Shown: piece by piece, positions 58,080 to 64,000 of the stretch
Layout: each line of letters opens with the position of its first letter
Position numbering within the stretch: position 1 is the first letter of the stretch
Virus record (IMG/VR): IMGVR_UViG_3300023174_003901
Span: 32,001-96,000 of that record
DNA length: 64,000 nt
Origin: a virus
Taxonomy: Duplodnaviria > Caudoviricetes
Reading direction: 5' to 3' (one strand)
The notes under the pieces: generated by a model
Database searches by the model: none
Told to the model about the DNA's origin: nothing
What the model saw: only the letters and a program-made list of their open reading frames with translations
Position numbers and translations under genes: made by a program

Positions 58080-58803
58080 GAGCCACAGCAGGTTTACGTC
58101 CACGCTTTTTGGGCGCAGGTGTTTCTGTTTCTACTGTGGGGATTGGAGACATCTTGGGAAGGTCCATCATCTTCACACCAGGAAACATTCTCTCTGCTTC
58201 TTTGCGCATACGTGCGGCTTCGTTGATCATACCAGTGGCTTCGTTGTGCATGCGCACAGCCTGTGTCAGCATGTTGGCAGCCAGGCTCTTGTCATCCAAG
58301 GCACCATCTGATGGTGCGGCAGTATAACCTGCTTGTGCTTTAGGTGCTTGTTGTTCGGCTTTGTATTGTGCTTCTGCGGCACGTTTTTGTTTGGGATCAA
58401 CCAGGCCTCTTGCGCCGTCAATCTCGGCCATCTTGCGCACAGCGTCTTCGCCTTTTTTCATTTCATTAAGGATCTTGTTGAGTTCAACCAGTTTGACATT
58501 GCTGTTCATAGTAGGTGTCATCAACACTTGTTCGGTGTTCACACGTTTCATCATGCGTTCAGCATGTAATGCATTTAAGATATTGCGACCATCTGGTAGA
58601 AAATTGCGGTTGAGTGCGTCAGCGAACTCTTCAGCGGCTTGTCCTACTGGACTTTCTAACACTCTCATGATGGTGTCGTGCCAGTGTGACGCCAACAGGT
58701 CTGGATAGATGCACAAGCACATGTGATCGTCACCTGGGATTTGTCTAAAAATAATAACAACCTTACGGTCGCCGTGTTTGCCTATGTGTTTTAAAAATGC
58801 CAT
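58066..58803 (-). CDS. Hypothetical protein with coiled coil and basic C-terminal tail (PKKRGRKP)
   Basis: AAGGAG SD before the ATG at 58803. Confidence 0.75.
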   Translation of the reverse strand: MAFLKHIGKHGDRKVVIIFRQIPGDDHMCLCIYPDLLASHWHDTIMRVLESPVGQAAEEFADALNRNFLPDGRNILNALHAERMMKRVNTEQVLMTPTMNSNVKLVELNKILNEMKKGEDAVRKMAEIDGARGLVDPKQKRAAEAQYKAEQQAPKAQAGYTAAPSDGALDDKSLAANMLTQAVRMHNEATGMINEAARMRKEAERMFPGVKMMDLPKMSPIPTVETETPAPKKRGRKPAVAHATE

Positions 58804-58804
58804 G

Positions 58805-59047
58805 CTATTCTCCTTGAGTTGGTGTGGCTGGCTCAGTAGGCTCTTGTTCAGCGTCCGGAGCCTGGGCTTGTGCTTCGGCGGCTTCTTGGGCACTGATAAT
58901 AAAGTTAGTCAGGCGTTCAAATATCAGCCCCACATCCTTCATCTCTTCCCCACGAAAAGCGCCGCGCTGGCAAGCCAGGTCGATGATGTTGCGTATTCCG
59001 GCAAGATCAGCAATAGTGAATTGTGTTGATTCAGTCGTGTCGTTCAT
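58805..59047 (-). CDS. Hypothetical acidic protein
   Basis: 80 aa; starts 5 nt after TAAATA. Confidence 0.7.
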   Translation of the reverse strand: MNDTTESTQFTIADLAGIRNIIDLACQRGAFRGEEMKDVGLIFERLTNFIISAQEAAEAQAQAPDAEQEPTEPATPTQGE

Positions 59048-59052
59048 ATAGA

Positions 59053-59098
59053 TATTTACAACAAAAAATCCCCGTAGTTATATTTTTACAGGGATTTT
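59053..59098 (-). promoter_or_regulatory. Late promoter TAAATA with TATAACTACG element, overlapping an imperfect terminator hairpin
   Basis: Minus strand: AAAATCCC...GGGATTTT stem with a T-run; TATAACTACG at 59073-59082; TAAATA at 59053-59058. Confidence 0.55.
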
Positions 59099-59286
59099 GG
59101 TAAAATTGGCACTGCTGACCTCCATTTGATATATCCACCATTGGTCGCACTCCACGGACAATATTGTTCCCATAGTTCTTGGCCTGTGTCGGAATTCTCT
59201 TTGATCAGTTGGTCTATACCGGGTCGAGTCGTATATCCGTCCAAACTCCAGTTGTGATTTTTCAGCGCAGTTTCAAGTTCATTCAC
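59086..59286 (-). CDS. Small hypothetical protein
   Basis: 66 aa; ATGA-coupled. Confidence 0.55.
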   Translation of the reverse strand: MNELETALKNHNWSLDGYTTRPGIDQLIKENSDTGQELWEQYCPWSATNGGYIKWRSAVPILPKSL

Positions 59287-59513
59287 GATGCAACTCCAAA
59301 ATGTTCTTTAATTCTCATGCCGTTTGTTTTGGTAATATATCCACAACCAACTGAATTGGATCTCTCCGTATCGGAAATCTCAGCACATTCTTCTACAATC
59401 AATCGGGCGAATTTCTCAATATCAAAGTGCTCGTCAATCATGAATGTTCTGTTGCCATACACTTGATTCCAGGCACCGCACTCACGTGCAAATTTTTCTA
59501 TGCGTTGGTTCAT
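59283..59513 (-). CDS. Small hypothetical phage protein
   Basis: Contains IEKFAR twice; coupled to both neighbours. Confidence 0.6.
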   Translation of the reverse strand: MNQRIEKFARECGAWNQVYGNRTFMIDEHFDIEKFARLIVEECAEISDTERSNSVGCGYITKTNGMRIKEHFGVAS

Positions 59514-60781
59514 TACTCGGCCTCGTCATAGTAGGCATATTGACCCCAAGGTGGCTCAATGGTTGTGGTACCATGCAAGATCCAAACAGTATCTGCATAG
59601 TTCTCATCACCCCAAGATCCAAAAGGGTAGCCGTCTGTGAACACAACCAGGCGCTTGGGCTCAATTTCATTGTCCTTTAAATACTTGAACATGCAATCAA
59701 AGTCTGTGCCACCACCACCTTGTATCTCGTATCCAGTAATGTCTTCCAGGTTGTCCGAATCGTATTGCTGTGGGTTGTACACTTCGGTATCAAAACTTGC
59801 CACATGGATTCGGTATGCTGGAAACGATTCCATAATACTGGCAGTCTCGCTTAAAATATCCTTGAGCATGGCATCGTCCATTGAGCCCGAAGCGTCAATC
59901 ATGAGTGCAATATCAATCATGGGATCCAGTTTCATACCGGGCATGACCGCATCCATGTGCCAACCTTTGCGGCTGGCTCTCATCCAGGTGTAGTCACTCT
60001 TGATAGTGCTCTCTAATTGCATGCGCAACAATTCACGCCAGTCCATCTTGGGCTCAGTTAGATCCTTGATCAGTCGCTTGACGCCTGCCGGAATATTGCC
60101 TGCATCTGAAGCACTGGCGGCTGCCAACATGGCCTCTTTGATCTCGTCCTTGATCTGCTGACGATCTTCTTTGCTCAAACGCGGACGACCTTTGCCTTCT
60201 TGGTCGCCAGCACCACTGCCATCTTGCTCGTCGTCACCATCTATATGCTCGTCGATCATCTTGTCCAAAAGGCTACTGATATCAATCTTGTCTGCTTTTT
60301 CGTACAAGATATCATACACTTCTTCGGCACTCATGCCATCATACTTGTGATCGTATAAACATGGAACTGAAGTAATAAACTCACCCACATGGTGCTTCTT
60401 CAAGTCTGCGTTCACACAGAAGTCATCAGCAATGTTCCACAACTGTGGATTACGGTCGCCCCTGCGTCCAAAGTGATCATAAACACAATGCAGGACCTCA
60501 TGACCAAACAAGAACTCAACTTCTTTGGGACGCAACATCTTGATGAAGCGAGCATTGTAGTAGAAATTGCGACCGTCTGTTGCGGCAGTGGCACACCACT
60601 CGTCAGCATTAACCAGTTTCAAACGAGTTGCAAGGTTGCCAAAGAAACTGGCCTTTAATAGCAAACCCACCCGAGCAGTGATCAAGATTTCACGCACCTC
60701 TCGGTCTAGTTTGGGATCAGTTGGACCAATAAGGTCAGCGAACTTTTTAGCGTCTTCTTTTGATACTGTGGTTGTGGTCAT
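59513..60781 (-). CDS. Metallopeptidase-like plus vWA domain protein (DUF2201-type)
   Basis: TAATDG, HEVLH (HExxH), acidic linker, MIDAS DASGS...T...GGGTDF...FTDG. Confidence 0.88.
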   Translation of the reverse strand: MTTTTVSKEDAKKFADLIGPTDPKLDREVREILITARVGLLLKASFFGNLATRLKLVNADEWCATAATDGRNFYYNARFIKMLRPKEVEFLFGHEVLHCVYDHFGRRGDRNPQLWNIADDFCVNADLKKHHVGEFITSVPCLYDHKYDGMSAEEVYDILYEKADKIDISSLLDKMIDEHIDGDDEQDGSGAGDQEGKGRPRLSKEDRQQIKDEIKEAMLAAASASDAGNIPAGVKRLIKDLTEPKMDWRELLRMQLESTIKSDYTWMRASRKGWHMDAVMPGMKLDPMIDIALMIDASGSMDDAMLKDILSETASIMESFPAYRIHVASFDTEVYNPQQYDSDNLEDITGYEIQGGGGTDFDCMFKYLKDNEIEPKRLVVFTDGYPFGSWGDENYADTVWILHGTTTIEPPWGQYAYYDEAE

Positions 60782-60807
60782 TGCAGTCCTCTATTGTCTA
60801 TGTATAT

Positions 60808-60836
60808 ATTATAACACTTCATGAATATGTAGTCAA
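60808..60836 (-). promoter_or_regulatory. Sigma70-type promoter
   Basis: TTGACT-17nt-TATAAT with TGn; GAGG SD. Confidence 0.85.
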
Positions 60837-60840
60837 ACAC

Positions 60841-60867
60841 AATAAAAATAGGACCCAGGGGCCCTAT
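60841..60867 (-). terminator. Rho-independent terminator after the MoxR gene
   Basis: ATAGGGCC / GGTCCTAT stem (one G-U pair) followed by TTTTATT. Confidence 0.65.
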
Positions 60868-60872
60868 CCTGT

Positions 60873-61955
60873 TTAGGCTGATGCCTGCAAAATGTACTTG
60901 CCATAACGCTGATGGAACTCGTCAAAGTTCTTCAACTTGCTGGGCTGAAACGGCAGGTTGTATGTAGTAAGTGCAATTCTGGCACCCATCACAACCAACT
61001 CTGTTTCAAAGTTCTTCATCATGTAACCAAAGAAGTTGTCACTCATCTCGTGGAACTTCTTGTCTTCGACCTTGGTTTCTACTGCACCTTTGAGTTCATA
61101 GCACATGGAGATGACCAAACTGTACATGGCACTGACTTCTTTTACGTTCAAGTCCTTGACCTTGCCTGACAAGATGTCAGTTGGATTGGGCATCTTTGAC
61201 GCAACCTTGCGGTGAGCCATAAACTTAACCGCCAAACCTTCGCCCACAGTACCAGCAATCAAGTTGGTCACAGTATCGTTGTCTTCTTCCTCGTCCAACA
61301 ACTGGCTCACAAAGGTCCACGAACGTGGTGTAGCAAAGGCACGGCTGGCACTCTTTGCATCAAAGTCGTACAGGTCCTGCTTGGCAAAACTCAAGTAACC
61401 CACCACGTCTTTGTGGATGTTATTGTTCACTGCCCACTCTTGCCAACTAGGAAAGTCCACTTTCATCTCTTGGTGGATGAAGCGGTTTGCCAGCGGAGTT
61501 GGCATTCTATAAGTAACACCCTTGTCGCTCTCACGGTTACCTGCGGCAACCATTACAACATTGCTGGGTAACCGATACTTGCCAATGCGTCGATTCAAAA
61601 TTAGTTGATAAGCGGCACTCTGGACAGACGGTGCGGCACTATTCAGTTCGTCCAAGAACAGCACCACAACAGGATACTGGCTGGCAGTGACCTCATCGGG
61701 CAGTTCCACAGGCTCGGCCCAGTCCATCTTGCCAATGTCCTTGTTGTAAAAAGGAATACCGCGGATGTCTGTGGGCTCCATCTGACCCAGACGCAAGTCA
61801 ATCATCAAGCCACCAAGATCTCGGGTAATGCCTTCTACCAATTCGCTTTTGCCAATGCCGGGAGGGCCCCACAAGAACAACGGGCGTTGAACTTTGAATG
61901 CACGGAGCAAACTTTTACGAGCCTGAGCGGCTGTAACGGTGCGTGTTTCTGACAT
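60873..61955 (-). CDS. MoxR-like AAA+ ATPase
   Basis: Walker A GPPGIGKS, Walker B LFLDE, AAGN, arginine finger LANRF; adjacent to a vWA gene. Confidence 0.9.
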   Translation of the reverse strand: MSETRTVTAAQARKSLLRAFKVQRPLFLWGPPGIGKSELVEGITRDLGGLMIDLRLGQMEPTDIRGIPFYNKDIGKMDWAEPVELPDEVTASQYPVVVLFLDELNSAAPSVQSAAYQLILNRRIGKYRLPSNVVMVAAGNRESDKGVTYRMPTPLANRFIHQEMKVDFPSWQEWAVNNNIHKDVVGYLSFAKQDLYDFDAKSASRAFATPRSWTFVSQLLDEEEDNDTVTNLIAGTVGEGLAVKFMAHRKVASKMPNPTDILSGKVKDLNVKEVSAMYSLVISMCYELKGAVETKVEDKKFHEMSDNFFGYMMKNFETELVVMGARIALTTYNLPFQPSKLKNFDEFHQRYGKYILQASA

Positions 61956-61987
61956 TGTGTGTTTCCTTTGTTAGTTAAGATAAGTCA

Positions 61988-62016
61988 ATTATATGCGAAA
62001 TGCAATTTTGTGTCAA
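61988..62016 (-). promoter_or_regulatory. Consensus sigma70 promoter
   Basis: TTGACA-17nt-TATAAT; AAGGA SD before 61955. Confidence 0.9.
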
Positions 62017-62501
62017 ACAGTTTCTGTAGTCTCAACATCTGCTTCTGCAAGGGCTTCGGACAACAGCACCAATTTCTTGTAGAAACGAGCGTCACTTGAG
62101 TATGTGTTGCCACAATACCACACACCATCTTGCATGACATAGTACCACTCACCGCCACCGTTTTCCACTTGTTCAAATAACTCCTCGAAGGTGTGGGCTA
62201 CTTTCCACTCACAGCCAGTCTCGCCGCGATCGCGACCGTAAAAAGTACACCAGTTTTCTGTGAGTGTCTTGAATGCTTCTACTTCATCAGCAAGCAAATC
62301 AAACTGACTGAACGCATGTTTCTCACCAATCTCGGCTCGTAGGCTACTCATGTCGCCCAGGGCTACCAGGTGGTTGGCTTTGGAGGAATCATAATGCTCT
62401 TGCAAAATGGCACCATTGTGTTCCAGATAGCCGTCCCAATGACAGTAAACTGACTTGGCAACTGGACCGTGCATGACTGCAATGCGACTGCGTGTACCCA
62501 T
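62013..62501 (-). CDS. Hypothetical phage protein
   Basis: MGTRSRI...SVYCHWDGY; SD before the ATG at 62501. Confidence 0.8.
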   Translation of the reverse strand: MGTRSRIAVMHGPVAKSVYCHWDGYLEHNGAILQEHYDSSKANHLVALGDMSSLRAEIGEKHAFSQFDLLADEVEAFKTLTENWCTFYGRDRGETGCEWKVAHTFEELFEQVENGGGEWYYVMQDGVWYCGNTYSSDARFYKKLVLLSEALAEADVETTETV

Positions 62502-62531
62502 TTCAAACCCCTTTTTAGTTTCTATACAAGT

Positions 62532-62560
62532 ATTATAGCAAAATGGGTATTTCCAGTCAA
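62532..62560 (-). promoter_or_regulatory. Sigma70-type promoter
   Basis: TTGACT-17nt-TATAAT with TGn. Confidence 0.85.
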
Positions 62561-62562
62561 CC

Positions 62563-62590
62563 AAAAAAATACCCTACATTGCTGTAGGGT
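62563..62590 (-). terminator. Rho-independent terminator after the Bug/TctC gene
   Basis: ACCCTACA-GCAA-TGTAGGGT, 8-bp stem with a GNRA loop, then ATTTTTTT. Confidence 0.85.
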
Positions 62591-62613
62591 TTTGATAGTA
62601 CTTGAGTATTACT

Positions 62614-63531
62614 TTAGTTGACCGTAATGTTTAACCGTTTGATATAGTTAATTTGTTCGTCAACGTAACGTTTTATGTCAACCTTTTTAATACTAAACCC
62701 AGCATCATTTAGACTTTGCACAAATTCAGTGTCGCGTTGTGCTGTGGCAATTGCCTGTTGAACTTTTGTTAATGTTTTTATTTTGTCTGTACGGTTATGA
62801 TAAATCCCCCACCAAACAGGGGTGGGAAATGTTCCTCGACCCAGTTCGGTATAAGCCGGCACTTGCGGCAACTCAGGCAACCGATTGTCTGTCAACACAA
62901 GAATTGGCTTTAAGTTTCCAGTGTTGATGTTCTGAATAGTTGTGCTAATAAAATCAATCATCACATCCACATGCCCGCCCACAACATCAATTTGGACAGG
63001 TGCAAGTCCTTTGTACCCGATTAGATTAAAATCAACACCAATACCTTTTTGCAAACTAATTGCAGCCAACCAGCCACCACTCAGTTGACCTGCATGCCCA
63101 AGAGAAACTGGTTGTTGACGACTTCGATCCACGATTGATTTTACAGTCAACAGGGCTGAATTTTTACTGGTCACCAACACCATTGGGCTGGTTCCTGTAT
63201 AGGCCAGTGGAACTAGGTCTTGATGCATTATCCAAGCAGGTGATGCAACTGCGTAGGTAGTAATAATTTGACTACTGGTATGCAACAACACCAATTCATC
63301 ACTGGACTGCCGTGTTACAAAATTAACACCTACTTGCCCACCACCACCGGGCTTGTAATCAGGAACCAATTTGATGTCATCTTTTTGCAGTGTGGTATTC
63401 AGTCGATCTATCCACATCAGTGCCAGTGATGCAGTGGCCCCACCAGGCGCAAAAGGAACAACCACTTTGACAATTTCTGTTGCATGAACAGAACAACAAA
63501 ACATCAATAATGATAAGAATAATTTTTTCAT
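62614..63531 (-). CDS. Tripartite tricarboxylate transporter substrate-binding protein (Bug/TctC-like)
   Basis: Signal peptide MKKLFLSLLMFCCSVHA; VVVPFAPGG; YKPGGGG; YKG..P...DVVGGHVD; RLPELPQVP. ATGA-coupled start at 63531. Confidence 0.85.
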   Translation of the reverse strand: MKKLFLSLLMFCCSVHATEIVKVVVPFAPGGATASLALMWIDRLNTTLQKDDIKLVPDYKPGGGGQVGVNFVTRQSSDELVLLHTSSQIITTYAVASPAWIMHQDLVPLAYTGTSPMVLVTSKNSALLTVKSIVDRSRQQPVSLGHAGQLSGGWLAAISLQKGIGVDFNLIGYKGLAPVQIDVVGGHVDVMIDFISTTIQNINTGNLKPILVLTDNRLPELPQVPAYTELGRGTFPTPVWWGIYHNRTDKIKTLTKVQQAIATAQRDTEFVQSLNDAGFSIKKVDIKRYVDEQINYIKRLNITVN

Positions 63532-64000
63532 GATAGATAATAAGTTTTTGACCACATGCCTTTGGTACCACGAGTTATTTGATCAACGTCGTTGAGCCAG
63601 TACTCCTGTGCAATTGTTTTGATTGCATCTAAACTGAGTTTGTAAATTTCAAACTCTTTGGAAAATTCACTTTTTGTAAAAAACCATGTGTCCCGAGGAC
63701 TGGCCAGCGGAGTCAGGAATTTGCCAATGGTAAATGTATTGGTATCCCAGGTTGGGTAAATCAACTGGTTCAACGCATGAGATGTTAACCAATATTGCTC
63801 ACCGTTGATCACTTTTGCAGGAAACAATGTTTGTGTTTTGACTAGACCCGGAGTATGCTCGGTTGCACTTTCTAAAAACTTGCGCACTGCATGGGCTTGC
63901 TTGATTATTATTTTAGGCAAGTCCGGAGTCCAATAAAACAGTTCGTGTTGTTCCTCTTGGTTGGTATTACGCATGATCCCAACGTCAATATTGTTTGATA
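63528..64000 (-). CDS. Hypothetical protein, C-terminal part (truncated by the window end)
   Basis: The frame stays open from 63974 to the window edge; ELFYWTPDLPKIIIKQAH. Confidence 0.65.
   Translation of the reverse strand, partial: SNNIDVGIMRNTNQEEQHELFYWTPDLPKIIIKQAHAVRKFLESATEHTPGLVKTQTLFPAKVINGEQYWLTSHALNQLIYPTWDTNTFTIGKFLTPLASPRDTWFFTKSEFSKEFEIYKLSLDAIKTIAQEYWLNDVDQITRGTKGMWSKTYYLS

Noticed and set aside
1-64000. Stop-codon reassignment, as in some large phages
   Set aside because: Genes are full length and tightly packed under the standard code, including a 12.5-kb ORF.
1-64000. CRISPR array, tRNA/rRNA genes, integrase, transposase, intron or intein
   Set aside because: I saw no spaced repeats or cloverleafs, the intergenic gaps are mostly too short, and core genes are of normal length. 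A by-eye scan could miss a degenerate element.
1-64000. Eukaryotic giant virus or bacterial chromosome origin, suggested by glyco genes and integrin-like repeats
   Set aside because: gp55, gp46/47, gp25, gp6, gp5, TAAATA late promoters and SD sequences indicate a T4-like bacteriophage.

Overview
This window is part of a large T4-like (myovirus) phage genome, not a cellular chromosome. It has five parts. (1) 1-7840, minus strand: a gp55-like late sigma factor, gp47 and gp46, interleaved with AT-rich cargo genes, including two radical SAM enzymes. (2) 7955-36029, plus strand: a baseplate/tail module with gp48-like, gp53-like, a two-gene hub, gp5-like, gp25, gp6, a 4167-aa giant wedge/adhesin and two fibre proteins. 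(3) 36091-57088, directly after the fibres: a roughly 21-kb biosynthetic-looking island. It holds about seven putative glycosyltransferases of three types, six more radical SAM enzymes with an N-terminal twitch Fe-S domain (eight in the window), a NodU/CmcH carbamoyltransferase with a translationally coupled 33-aa peptide, an NDP-sugar epimerase and a DegT aminotransferase. (4) thyX and hypothetical genes. (5) Early-type promoter/terminator cassettes: MoxR ATPase, metallopeptidase-vWA protein and a Bug/TctC binding protein. The best candidate for an undescribed system is the island, which I infer to be a phage-encoded glycan synthesis and radical-tailoring pathway; its target is unknown. Sigma70-type and TAAATA late promoters are readable by eye, and many appear to give leaderless mRNAs. 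All assignments come from motif recognition; no database searches were run.
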